DNA from: an uncultured Candidatus Rokubacteria bacterium
GTDB lineage: Bacteria; Methylomirabilota; Methylomirabilia; Rokubacteriales; CSP1-6
Length of the DNA: 64,000 nt
Assembly (NCBI GenBank): GCA_963762145.1
Contig: CAVXJS010000011.1
Span: 192,001 to 256,000 of the forward strand
Direction: 5' to 3'
Positions 46,728 through 56,105 of this stretch are shown in pieces. The notes under the pieces were generated by a model that was given only the letters and a program-made list of their open reading frames with translations, ran no database searches and had not been told where the DNA came from. The first letter of the stretch is position 1; every line of letters starts with the position of its first letter. The translations under genes were made by a program, and so were the position numbers.

Positions 46728-48908
46728 ATGATCACCGGAACCGGCAAGATCAATCGCCGCTCCTTCGTCGTCGGCAGCGTCGCGGTCGGCGCGGGTCTCG
46801 CGCTCGGCCTGAAGATCCCGTTCGGCACGGAGATCGTCCGCGCGCAGGACGGCTCGCCCGAGGTCACCGCCTGGGTGGTCATCCGTCCGGACGACACCGT
46901 CGTGATCCGGATCGCGCGCTCGGAGATGGGACAGGGCACCCTCACCGGTCTCGCCCAGATGGTCGCCGAGGAGCTCGAGTGCGACTGGTCGAAGGTGCAG
47001 ACCGAGTACCCGACGCCGGGCCAGAGCGTCAAGCGCAAGCGCGCGTGGGGTGACTTCTCCACCGGCGGCAGCCGCGGCATTCGCGATTCGCATCAGTACG
47101 TGCGCGAGGGGGGCGCCACCGCGCGGACCATGCTGGTCCAGGCCGCGGCCGACGGCTGGAAGGTACCCGCCTCCGAGTGCAGCGCCGCCAACAGCGTGAT
47201 CACGCACACGCCCTCCGGGCGGACCACCACCTACGGCAAGGTGGCCGAAGCCGCCGCCAAGGTCACCCCGCCCGCGAAGGTGGCCCTCAAGGACCCGAAG
47301 GACTGGAAGCTGATCGGCAAGTCGGTGAAGCGCCTGGACACGATGGCCAAGCTGACCGGCGCCCAGGTCTACGGGGCCGACCTCAAGCTGCCCGGGATGC
47401 TCAGCGCCGCGATCAAGGACTGCCCGGTCTTCGGCGGCAAGGTGAAGAGCTTCGAGGCGACCAAGGTCAAGGGCATGCCGGGGGTCCGGCACGTGCTCCC
47501 GGTCGGGGAATCCGCGGTCGCGGTGGTGGCCGACACCTGGTGGGAGGCCAAGACCGCGCTCGACGCGCTGCCCATCGTGTGGAACGAGGGCCCGAACGCC
47601 AAGGTGTCGAGCGCGACGATCGCCGAGATGCTGAAGGCCGGCCTCGACGCCGATCAGGCCTTCGTCGCCAACCAGAACGGCGACGTCAAGGCGGCGATCG
47701 GCGCCGCGGCCAAGAAGGTCGAGGCGGTCTACGCCTATCCGTTCCAGAACCACGCGCCGATGGAGCCGATGAACGCGACGGCGCGCTACACCGCGGATCG
47801 TTGCGAGGTCTGGGTGCCGACGCAGAACGGCGAGGCCGCGTTCGCGGCGACGCTGGCCGCGTCCGGGCTTCCGGCCGACAAGTGCGAGGTCTACAAGATC
47901 AACCTGGGCGGCGGGTTCGGCCGGCGCGGGGCCTTCCACGATTACGTCACCCAGGCCGTCCTGATCGCCAAGCAGATACCCGGCACGCCGGTGAAGCTCC
48001 TGTGGACGCGGGAGGAGGACATGCTGCACGGCCGGTATCACCCGGTCATGCAGTGCAAGCTGGTGGGCTCGTTCGACGCGGCCAACAACCTGACCGGCCT
48101 GCACATGCGCCTGTCGGGGCAGTCCATCCTGAGCGACGTGCGGCCGGAGGCCCTGCAGGCGGGCAAGGACCCCCTGGTGTTCCAGGGCCTGAACCCGAGC
48201 GGGGACTTCGGCATCGGCTACAGCGTGCCGAATCTCCTGATCGACCATGCCATGCGCAACACGCACGTCCCGCCCGGCTTCTGGCGCGGGGTGAACATCA
48301 ACCAGAACGCGATCTTCCTCGAGTGCTTCCTGGACGAGCTGGCTCACGCCGCCGGTCAGGATCCGCTCGAGTTCCGGCGCAAGCTGATGAGCAAGCACCC
48401 CAAGCACCTCGCGGTGCTGAACGCGGTGGCCGACCGCGCGGGCTGGGGCAAGCCGGCGCCGCAGGGCGTGCACCGCGGGCTGGCCCAGATGATGTCGTTC
48501 GGCAGCTACGTGGCCGCGTGCGCGGAGGTCTCGGTCAAGGACGGCAACAAGGTGAAGGTCCACCGCATCGTGGCCGCCACCGATTGCGGGTACGCGGTCA
48601 ACCCGGCGCAGATCGAGCGGCAGATCGCGGGCTCGTTCGTCTACGGATTGTCCGGCCTGTTCATGGAGGAGTGCACGGTCAAGGACGGCCACATCGAGCA
48701 GACGAACTTCCACGAGTACGACTCCATGCGGATCGCGCAGATGCCGAAGGTCGAGGCGATCGTCATGCCGTCCGGCGGCTTCTGGGGCGGAGTCGGCGAG
48801 CCCACGATCTGCGTGGCGGCGCCCGCGGTGCTGAACGCGTTCTTCGCCGCCACCGGCAAGCGTCTGCGCACGGTGCCGCTGAAGCACCACGGCGTCACGC
48901 TGGTGTAA
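46728..48908 (+). CDS. iorB: Xanthine-oxidase-family molybdopterin subunit, IorB-like, Tat-exported
   Basis: Tat motif RRSFV; SEMGQG, TGGS, HAPMEP.N, GGGFGRR, GFWRGV, GGVGEP. Confidence 0.9.
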   Translation: MITGTGKINRRSFVVGSVAVGAGLALGLKIPFGTEIVRAQDGSPEVTAWVVIRPDDTVVIRIARSEMGQGTLTGLAQMVAEELECDWSKVQTEYPTPGQSVKRKRAWGDFSTGGSRGIRDSHQYVREGGATARTMLVQAAADGWKVPASECSAANSVITHTPSGRTTTYGKVAEAAAKVTPPAKVALKDPKDWKLIGKSVKRLDTMAKLTGAQVYGADLKLPGMLSAAIKDCPVFGGKVKSFEATKVKGMPGVRHVLPVGESAVAVVADTWWEAKTALDALPIVWNEGPNAKVSSATIAEMLKAGLDADQAFVANQNGDVKAAIGAAAKKVEAVYAYPFQNHAPMEPMNATARYTADRCEVWVPTQNGEAAFAATLAASGLPADKCEVYKINLGGGFGRRGAFHDYVTQAVLIAKQIPGTPVKLLWTREEDMLHGRYHPVMQCKLVGSFDAANNLTGLHMRLSGQSILSDVRPEALQAGKDPLVFQGLNPSGDFGIGYSVPNLLIDHAMRNTHVPPGFWRGVNINQNAIFLECFLDELAHAAGQDPLEFRRKLMSKHPKHLAVLNAVADRAGWGKPAPQGVHRGLAQMMSFGSYVAACAEVSVKDGNKVKVHRIVAATDCGYAVNPAQIERQIAGSFVYGLSGLFMEECTVKDGHIEQTNFHEYDSMRIAQMPKVEAIVMPSGGFWGGVGEPTICVAAPAVLNAFFAATGKRLRTVPLKHHGVTLV

Positions 48909-48914
48909 GCGACC

Positions 48915-48990
48915 TTCGAGGGGGGCCTCGACGGCCCCCCTCGAGGCTCCCCCCAGGATTCGGTTGCGCCGGCAAAGCCGGCGCTCGAAC
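48915..48990. repeat. Double-hairpin intergenic element
   Basis: Perfect 12-bp stem TCGAGGGGGGCC/GGCCCCCCTCGA (48916-48944), linker GGCTCCCCCCAGG..GGTT, 8-bp stem GCGCCGGC-AAA-GCCGGCGC (48966-48984). Confidence 0.75.
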
Positions 48991-49007
48991 TAGAGTATTC
49001 GTTGGGC

Positions 49008-49325
49008 ATGGGGCGAATCTCCGACCGGTCGGTGTCGAAGCGTTTGGTCACGGTGATCGCCGCCGTCGCGGGCGCCGCCGCCGCGGTGGTGGCGTCGGCG
49101 GAGCCTCCGGCCGGGGCCGTATCGTGCTCCGGTTGCCATCCCGCGTCTTCACGGATGACGTCGCCCGTGCCTCGGCTCGCGGGGGTCGATCGGGCCGCGA
49201 TCGTCCGGGCCATGCAAGAGTTCCGGTCGGGGCAGCGTCCCGCCACCGTGATGGACCGGATCGCCAAGGGCTTCACGGACGACGAGATCCAGGCCCTCGC
49301 GGCCTGGTTCGCCGCGCAGAAGTGA
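49008..49325 (+). CDS. Monoheme cytochrome c, FccA-like subunit
   Basis: Signal peptide, CSGCH, P.LAG, TVMDRIAKG. Confidence 0.88.
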   Translation: MGRISDRSVSKRLVTVIAAVAGAAAAVVASAEPPAGAVSCSGCHPASSRMTSPVPRLAGVDRAAIVRAMQEFRSGQRPATVMDRIAKGFTDDEIQALAAWFAAQK

Positions 49326-50596
49326 AGGCGACCCGCCGCGCGCTCCTCGGGCTCGGCCTGGCGGCCACCGCCTCGGCCGCGTTCCGCCCGGTCCGGACGC
49401 TCGCGCAGGGTGCCGCCCCGCGCGTGGTCGTGGTGGGCGGCGGGTTCGCCGGCGCGAGCTGCGCCCGCGCGCTGCGCCAGGCCGCGCCGCGGGTCGCGGT
49501 GACGCTGGTCGAGGCGAACCCGACGTTCACCGCCTGCCCGTTCAGCAACGCGGTCATCGGCGGCCTGCGGGAGCTGGGCGCGCAGCGGTTCACCTACGAG
49601 CGCGTCGCCGCCGACGGCATCACGATGGCGCGCGCGCTCGCGACCGGAGTGGACGCGCACGCGCGAGCGGTCACGCTCGCGGACGGCGCGCGCCTGCCCT
49701 ACGACCGGCTGGTCCTGGCCCCGGGCATCGACATGCGCTGGGGCGCGCTGCCCGGCTACGACGAGGCCGCGTCGGCCCAGATGCCGCATGCCTGGCGGGC
49801 GGGCGAGCAGACCGCGCTGCTGCGCCGGCAGCTCGAGGCGATGGACGACGGCGGCCTCGTGGTGATCTCCGCGCCCGCCAATCCGTTCCGCTGCCCGCCC
49901 GGCCCCTACGAGCGGGCCAGCCTGATCGCGCACTACCTCAAGACGAGGAAGCCGCGGTCCAAGCTGATCATTCTCGACGCCAAGGACGCGTTCTCCAAGC
50001 AGCGCCTGTTCCAGGCCGCGTGGGCCCAGCTGTATCCGGGCCTGCTCGAGTGGGTGCCGCTGTCCAAGGGCGGCAACGTCACGTCGGTCGACGCGGCGAC
50101 CCGCACGCTGGTGACCGATTTCGGCCGGCACCAGGCCAAGGTGGCCAATGTCATCCCGCCGCAGAAGGCGGGCCGTATCGCCGAGGTGGCCGGCGTCGCC
50201 GACCGCACCGGCTGGTGCCCGATCGATCCGGTGACGTTCGAGTCGAAGCTGCAGGCCGGCATTCACGTCATCGGCGACGCGGCGATCGCGGGGGCGATGC
50301 CGAAGTCGGCCTTCGCCGCGAACGCGCAGGCCAAGACGTGCGCCGCCGCGGTCGCGCAGCTCCTCGCCGGCGCGATCCCGCCCCCTCCCAAGCTGATCAA
50401 CACGTGCTACAGCCTGGTCGCCCCCGACTACGGGATCTCGGTGGCCGGGGTCTACCAGCCGTCCGGCGGGCAGCTCGTGGAGATCCCCGGCTCCGGGGGC
50501 GTGAGCCCCGCCGACGCGCCGCAGGCGACGCGCGCCGCGGAGGCCGTGTTCGCGGAGGCGTGGTTCCGCACGATCACCGGTGAGGTATTCGGGTGA
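49322..50596 (+). CDS. fccB: Flavocytochrome c sulfide dehydrogenase flavoprotein (FccB/SoxF)
   Basis: GTGA overlap, Tat motif RRALL, GGGFAG, CPFSN, CPPGPYERA, MPKS...AN.QAK, NTCYS. Confidence 0.92.
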   Translation: MKATRRALLGLGLAATASAAFRPVRTLAQGAAPRVVVVGGGFAGASCARALRQAAPRVAVTLVEANPTFTACPFSNAVIGGLRELGAQRFTYERVAADGITMARALATGVDAHARAVTLADGARLPYDRLVLAPGIDMRWGALPGYDEAASAQMPHAWRAGEQTALLRRQLEAMDDGGLVVISAPANPFRCPPGPYERASLIAHYLKTRKPRSKLIILDAKDAFSKQRLFQAAWAQLYPGLLEWVPLSKGGNVTSVDAATRTLVTDFGRHQAKVANVIPPQKAGRIAEVAGVADRTGWCPIDPVTFESKLQAGIHVIGDAAIAGAMPKSAFAANAQAKTCAAAVAQLLAGAIPPPPKLINTCYSLVAPDYGISVAGVYQPSGGQLVEIPGSGGVSPADAPQATRAAEAVFAEAWFRTITGEVFG

Positions 50597-51018
50597 GCCG
50601 CCGCGCCGGATGGCTTGTCGTGGTCGGCGCGGTCGGCTGGCTGGCGGGGGCGGCGCACGGCGACGACGGCCTCCCGCAGTCGCTCACCGGAGTTCCGGGC
50701 GATCCTGCGCGGGGCCGCGCGGTCGTCGCCAGCCGTCAGGTCGGCCTGTGCCTGCTGTGCCACAGCGGCCCGTTTCCGGAGGAGCGGTTCCAGGGCAACC
50801 TGGCGCCCGACCTCACCGGGGCGGGGAAGCGCTGGTCGGAGGCCCAGCTCCGCCTCCGGATCGTGGATTCGAGCCGGGTCAATCCCGCCACGATCATGCC
50901 GGCGTATCATGTGACCAGCGGACTGGTGCGGGTGGCGCCGGCCTGGCGGGGCAAGCCCGTCCTGAGCGCCCAGCAGATCGAGGACGTGGTGGCCTTCTTG
51001 ATGACGCTGAGGGACTGA
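50593..51018 (+). CDS. soxX: SoxX-like c-type cytochrome
   Basis: GDPARGR, CLLCH, GNLAPDL, NP.TIMPAY. Confidence 0.9.
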   Translation: MSRRAGWLVVVGAVGWLAGAAHGDDGLPQSLTGVPGDPARGRAVVASRQVGLCLLCHSGPFPEERFQGNLAPDLTGAGKRWSEAQLRLRIVDSSRVNPATIMPAYHVTSGLVRVAPAWRGKPVLSAQQIEDVVAFLMTLRD

Positions 51019-51495
51019 ATGCAACGTGGAGCGTCGCGCCGCGAGTTCTTGCGGGCCGTCGGGGGCGTCGCGGCCGGCCTGGGGCTCGGCTCCATCGTCG
51101 CGGTCCGGCCCGCGCGCGCGACCCCCGCCGAGATGGAGGACGCCATCCGCAAGGTGGTGGGCTCCGCCCCGGTCACCCCCGGCCGGGTCAAGCTCGACCT
51201 GCCGCCCCTCATCGAGAACGGCAACGCGGTGCCGCTCACGGTCGACGTGACGAGCCCGATGACCGGCGCCGACCACGTGCGGGTCATCCACGTCTTCACG
51301 CAGAAGAACCCGCAGCCCAACGTGGCGAGCTTCCATCTGGGGCCGCGCGCGGGCCGGGCGCGGGTGGCGACCCGGGTCCGGCTCGCGGACTCCCAGAGCG
51401 TGGTGGCGATCTGCGAGCTGAGCGATGGGTCCTTCTGGTCGGACAGCGCGGATATCGTGGTGACGCTCGCGGCGTGCCTCGAGGACGGGATCTAG
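51019..51495 (+). CDS. soxY: SoxY paralog with AACLE swinging arm
   Basis: Tat motif RREFL, P.LIENGN.VP, KNP.P, TRVRLADSQ; ends VTLAACLEDGI, not GGCGG. Confidence 0.85.
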   Translation: MQRGASRREFLRAVGGVAAGLGLGSIVAVRPARATPAEMEDAIRKVVGSAPVTPGRVKLDLPPLIENGNAVPLTVDVTSPMTGADHVRVIHVFTQKNPQPNVASFHLGPRAGRARVATRVRLADSQSVVAICELSDGSFWSDSADIVVTLAACLEDGI

Positions 51496-51497
51496 CC

Positions 51498-51819
51498 GTG
51501 GCGAGCGCCCTGATCAACGTGCCCCCGCGGGCCAAGCGCGGCGAGATCATCGAGATCAAGACCCTGATCTCGCACACGATGGAGACGGGGTTCCGCCGGA
51601 CCCAGCTCGGGGCGGCTGATCCCGCGCGACATCATCCGGCGGTTCGCGTGCACCTACAACGGCACCGAGGTCTTTCGCGCCGAGCTCCACCCCGCGATGT
51701 CCGCCAATCCCTTCATCGTGTTCTCGACCATCGCCGTCGAGAGCGGCACCCTCGAGTTCCAGTGGACCGGCGACAACGGCTTCTCGGTGACGCAGTCGGC
51801 CGCGATCCTTGTCGAGTAG
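51498..51819 (+). CDS. soxZ: SoxZ (frameshift ~51615)
   Basis: EIKTLISH.METG.R, then IPRDII, YNG.EVF, A.SANPF, SG.L.F.W.GD. Confidence 0.88.
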
Positions 51820-52591
51820 GAGCCGAGTCGGCGCGTCGGTGGTGCTGCTCGCGTTCGCGGCGTCGGCGTTCGCGGCCGAGATCCCCCGCGCCGACCGCCG
51901 CTCCGGCTACGACTTCATGAGCCGGGAGACCCGCGCGATGCAGGACGACGACACCGCCAATCCCGGCATGCTCTGGGTGCTCGAGGGCTTCGCACTGTGG
52001 ACGCGGAAGACCGGCCCCGCCGGCCGCGCCTGCGCCGACTGTCACGGCGACGCCCGCGTGACCATGAAGGGCGTGGCCGCGCGCCATCCCGCGTTCGACG
52101 CCGCCCAGGGGCGGCCGATCAATCTCGATCAGCGGATCAACGCCTGCCGGGTGGACCGGCAGGGAGCGCCGCCGCTCGCCTACGAGAGCCGGGAGCTCCT
52201 CGCGCTGGCCGCCTACGTCGCGCGCCAGTCCCGCGGGGTGCCGATCGAGATCGCGATCGACGAGCGGACGGAGCCGTTCCTCGACGGGGGGCGCACGATC
52301 TATCAGCGGCGGCAGGGACAGCTGAACCTCGCGTGCGGCCAGTGTCACGACGACCACTGGGGGCGGCAGCTCGCGGGAAACGTCATCCCGCAGGCCCACC
52401 CGACCGGCTATCCGCTCTACCGCCTGGAGTGGCAGGGGCTGGGCTCGCTCCAGCGGCGTCTGCGCAACTGCCTGGTGGGGATCCGCGCGGAGCCGTACGA
52501 GTGGGGCGCGCCCGAGCTCGTCCAGCTCGAGCTCTACCTGATGTGGCGCGCGCGGGGGATGATCTTCGAGGCTCCGGCGGTGCGGCCCTGA
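51809..52591 (+). CDS. soxA: Diheme SoxA-like cytochrome
   Basis: NPGMLWV, CADCH, QRINAC, GQLNLACGQCH, YP.YRLEWQ..GSLQRRLRNC. Confidence 0.92.
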   Translation: MSSRSRVGASVVLLAFAASAFAAEIPRADRRSGYDFMSRETRAMQDDDTANPGMLWVLEGFALWTRKTGPAGRACADCHGDARVTMKGVAARHPAFDAAQGRPINLDQRINACRVDRQGAPPLAYESRELLALAAYVARQSRGVPIEIAIDERTEPFLDGGRTIYQRRQGQLNLACGQCHDDHWGRQLAGNVIPQAHPTGYPLYRLEWQGLGSLQRRLRNCLVGIRAEPYEWGAPELVQLELYLMWRARGMIFEAPAVRP

Positions 52592-52604
52592 GCCCGCGCC
52601 CCGC

Positions 52605-53795
52605 TCAGCCCTTCGGTCGGACCTCGCCCGCGAGGTAGTCGATCGCGGCCTGCACGCCGCCGGACCCGTGCGGGATCCCGAGCGCCGCGAGCCCCATCTC
52701 GATCGAGCCGAGGACGCCGAACATCATGGGCGCGTTGATGTGACCCATGTGGGCGATGCGGAAGGCCTTGCCCGAGAGCTCGCCGATGCCCACGCCGACC
52801 ACCACCCCGCAGTGCGCGCGGCAGTAGTCGAGCAGGGGCTTCGGATCGAAGCCGGGCGTCCGGACGGTCGTGACCGAGTTGGCTCGCTCCGCCGGCTCGG
52901 TGATGTTGAGGGCCAGCGCTCCCCCCTCCGCCCAGCGGCCGACCGCCCGGCGCGTGGCCTCTCCAAGTAGCGCATGGCGGCGGGCGGCCCGATCCAGGCC
53001 TTCGGCCAACAGCATGTCCATCGCCTTGCGCAGGGCGAACAGCAGGTGCTGCGGCGGGGTGCCGCCGTACTTCTGGTAGTGCACCTCGCCCATGCGGAAC
53101 GTCCAGTCCCAGTAGCGCGTGCGCAGGTCGGCCTTCGGGTGGGCGGTCAGTGCGCGGTCATTGGCCGCGACGAAGGCCAGGCCGGGAGGCGTCATCAACC
53201 CTTTCTGCGAGCCCGACATGGCGACGTCGACCTTCCAGGCGTCCATCTCGAACGGCATGCACCCGAGCGAGGCCACGCAGTCGACCATGAGGAGGGCGGG
53301 GTGGCCGGTCGCGTCGATGGCCCGACGGATCGCCGGGATATCGTTGACCACCGCCGAGGCGGTGTCCACCTGGACGACGAGGATCGCCTTGATCTCATGC
53401 GCGGTGTCGGCCGCCAAGCGCTGGCCCACCGCGGCCGGATCCACCGCGCGCCGCCAGTCTCCCTTCAAGACCTCGACCTTGATCCCCAGCATCCGCGCCA
53501 TGTCGCCCCAGCCGGCTGCGAAGACGCCGGACTCGAGCACCAGCACCGTCTCGCCGCGTGACAGGACGTTGCTGACCGCCGCTTCCCAGCCCCCGTGCCC
53601 GTTGGCCGCGTAGATGAAGACGCGCCCGGACGTGCGGAACAGCCTGGGCAGATCCTCGAGCAGGGTCCGGGTCAGGTCGACCATGTCGCCCGAGTAGATG
53701 TCGATCGCAGGCCGGTGCATGGCCTGGAGCACCGCGTCCGGGATATTGGTCGGGCCGGGAATGCTGAGAAACTCGCGACCGTTGCCGATTGTCAT
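52605..53795 (-). CDS. Class V PLP aminotransferase (serine/alanine-glyoxylate type)
   Basis: IPGPT, ANGHG.WE, VD.VASLG, SGSQKGLM.PPGL, FRIAHMG. Confidence 0.92.
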   Translation of the reverse strand: MTIGNGREFLSIPGPTNIPDAVLQAMHRPAIDIYSGDMVDLTRTLLEDLPRLFRTSGRVFIYAANGHGGWEAAVSNVLSRGETVLVLESGVFAAGWGDMARMLGIKVEVLKGDWRRAVDPAAVGQRLAADTAHEIKAILVVQVDTASAVVNDIPAIRRAIDATGHPALLMVDCVASLGCMPFEMDAWKVDVAMSGSQKGLMTPPGLAFVAANDRALTAHPKADLRTRYWDWTFRMGEVHYQKYGGTPPQHLLFALRKAMDMLLAEGLDRAARRHALLGEATRRAVGRWAEGGALALNITEPAERANSVTTVRTPGFDPKPLLDYCRAHCGVVVGVGIGELSGKAFRIAHMGHINAPMMFGVLGSIEMGLAALGIPHGSGGVQAAIDYLAGEVRPKG

Positions 53796-53843
53796 GGGTC
53801 CAGGCTCCTCTCGGGCTCATCGTAGCACGCGTGATGGTCGGCC

Positions 53844-54728
53844 TCACACGCGCTCGATCCGCGGCCGGCCGAACATCCCGTACGGCCGCACGAACAGGAC
53901 CGCGAGGAGCAACACGTAGGGCGCGATGCTGCTGAAGCCCGCCCCCAGGACGGGATCGAGATAGCCCGCGGACAGGCTCTCCAGCACCCCGATGACGACG
54001 GCGCCGACCATGATGCCGGCCACGCTGTCGAGGCCGCCGACGACCAGGATCGGGAACACCTTGAGCCCGATGACGACCACGCCGAGCCCGCCGCCCACCG
54101 TGAAGGTCCAGAGCACGCCGGTGAAGACGGAGATGACGCCGACCATCGCCCACGTGAGGGCGACGTGACCGTGCACGTCGATCCCCATCGCCATCGCGAC
54201 CTGCTGGTCGTCCGAGATGGCCCGCAGCGCCAGTCCGGTCCGGCTGAATCGGAAGAACGCGGCCACCGCGGTGATGCAGATGATCGCGATCGTGGCCGCG
54301 ACCAGACGTCCCGCCGGGACCAGCACGCCGTAGACGTCGAGGGGATCCGACGGGATCGGAAGCGGGATGGCGCCGGGGATGGCGCCGAACGTCAGGGCGG
54401 CCGCGCCGCGGATCAACGAGCCGAGGCCGAGGGTGACCATGATCAGGGAGATCAGCGGGCGGCCGACCATGTGGCGCAGGACGAGCCGGTTGAAGGCGAG
54501 GGCCCCCACGACCATCCCGGCGGATGCCGAGCCGATGGCGCTCGCCAGCCCGAGCTCCGCCGCGTGGATCCCGGTGGCCACGAGTCTCGAGCCCAGCATC
54601 GCCAGCTCGCCCAGCGCGAAGTTGACCGCCCCGGACGCCTTGTAGACGACGACGAACGCGAGCGCGACCAGAGCGTACACCGCGCTGGCCAGCAGCCCGT
54701 CCACGAGCAGGGCCGCGAAGTAGAGCAC
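53844..54728 (-). CDS. Branched-chain amino acid ABC permease (LivH-like), orphan
   Basis: YALVAL.F..VYKAS..VNFA.GE, G.ALRA..DD...A..MGI, GGLDS..G, RPYG.FG. Confidence 0.88.
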   Translation of the reverse strand: MLYFAALLVDGLLASAVYALVALAFVVVYKASGAVNFALGELAMLGSRLVATGIHAAELGLASAIGSASAGMVVGALAFNRLVLRHMVGRPLISLIMVTLGLGSLIRGAAALTFGAIPGAIPLPIPSDPLDVYGVLVPAGRLVAATIAIICITAVAAFFRFSRTGLALRAISDDQQVAMAMGIDVHGHVALTWAMVGVISVFTGVLWTFTVGGGLGVVVIGLKVFPILVVGGLDSVAGIMVGAVVIGVLESLSAGYLDPVLGAGFSSIAPYVLLLAVLFVRPYGMFGRPRIERV

Positions 54729-55052
54729 TCAGGCCGGCGCGGTGGCCTTCAGCGAGAACATGAGCGGCAGGCTGCCACGGCCGAGCGGCAGCCGCAGGTC
54801 CTCGGGCAGTCGCCACCAGCCGTCGGCGCCCCGCTCCATCCACGGGAAGAACCGCCAGCCCAGGAACGGGTATTCGTCGAACGCGGTGATGCGGAGCCCG
54901 GCGCGGGCGAGCGCGTTGACGAGGTCCGAGACGGTGTGCAACCAGACGTGCTCGACGCTCGCGATCGGCGCGTCCGGCGTGCTGTAGCAGCCGGGGTGCT
55001 CCTCGCGGACGGGCTCCGGCCCGTGGAAGTTGGCCTCGCGGTACGGGTCCAC
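54729..55052 (-). pseudogene. C-terminal fragment of a class I SAM methyltransferase
   Basis: W.H..SD.VNAL..AGLRI..FDEYP...P..........LP......P..FSL.A; no SAM-binding motif or room for one upstream. Confidence 0.55.
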
Positions 55053-55055
55053 CGT

Positions 55056-56105
55056 CTACGCGTCCAGACGATAGACCCGCCGGGCGGTGCCGCTGAACAT
55101 GGCCTGCTTCTCCGCGGCGGAGGCGCCGCCCGCGATCCGCTTGAGCGCGTTCCAGAGCCCGGCCCAGCCGATGCCCATCTTGTCCACCGGGAAGTTGCTC
55201 TCGAACAGGCAGCGGTCCGCGCCGAAGAGCTCGATGCACGTCTCGATGTACGGGCGCCAGAGGGCGGCGAGCTCGGTGGACGTGGGCGGTTTCGGCTGGG
55301 TGCGGTAGTCGTAGGCGGCCAGGCGCATCATCATGCCGCCCAGCTTGACCGCCACGTTGGGACACCCGGCGAGCTCGGTCATCGGCGCCTTCCACGCCGT
55401 GAACACGTCCTTCTGCCGGCCCGCGTAGGGGCCGTAGCCGAGCACGCCGCCCACGTGGCCGAGGATGATCGTGGTGTCGGGAAACGCGCGGGCCAGGTCC
55501 ACCACGTCCGCGAGCTGGGGATGGAAGACCCACGCGTCGAGCGAGAGCCCGAGCCGGGTGAGCACCGCGAGGCCCGCCCGGAAGTCCGGCCGCCGGTAGA
55601 CGTGCGGGCCGTCGGCCACCGCGCTGTTGCCGATGATCTGGCTCGCGTCCCACGCGGCCGAATGGCGAACCCCGCGAAAGCGTCCCCCGCCCGCGCGGAG
55701 ATGCGCCTGCAGCACCGGCTCCACGCGGTCGCCGAGCGTGAGGTCCGCGAAGCCCACGATGCCGGCGGCCACCCGCGTGGGCCCGTACATGCCGCTGGCG
55801 CTCATCGCGGCCTGGCCGGCCACGAACTCGGTCTCGCCCACCGGGCGCATCTCCGCGGGCCCGGCCGCGCGGTACATCGAATGGCACTCGAGGAACACGG
55901 TCGCGACCAGGTTGTGGCCGGTGGCGGCGTCCGCGAGGAAGTCGGTCAGCAGGTAGCGGTGGCCCTCCCGGTCCCACAGGTGATGGTGCGTGTCGATGAT
56001 CGGCAGCTCGGGCTCGAGAATCGGCTCGGGCGGCTGCGTGGCCAGCCACGCCTCGTCCGGATGATGGATTCTCCCGAACTGGGTCGGACGATCGGCGGCG
56101 CTCAT
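55056..56105 (-). CDS. Amidohydrolase family protein
   Basis: IIDTHHHLW, PVGETEF, RFRGVRH, HVGG, VKLGG, FESNFPVD. Confidence 0.92.
   Translation of the reverse strand: MSAADRPTQFGRIHHPDEAWLATQPPEPILEPELPIIDTHHHLWDREGHRYLLTDFLADAATGHNLVATVFLECHSMYRAAGPAEMRPVGETEFVAGQAAMSASGMYGPTRVAAGIVGFADLTLGDRVEPVLQAHLRAGGGRFRGVRHSAAWDASQIIGNSAVADGPHVYRRPDFRAGLAVLTRLGLSLDAWVFHPQLADVVDLARAFPDTTIILGHVGGVLGYGPYAGRQKDVFTAWKAPMTELAGCPNVAVKLGGMMMRLAAYDYRTQPKPPTSTELAALWRPYIETCIELFGADRCLFESNFPVDKMGIGWAGLWNALKRIAGGASAAEKQAMFSGTARRVYRLDA

Noticed and set aside
47177-50596. 1139-aa ORF joining the iorB region to fccB
   Set aside because: The N-terminal part is an off-frame read of iorB; fccB begins at GTG 49322
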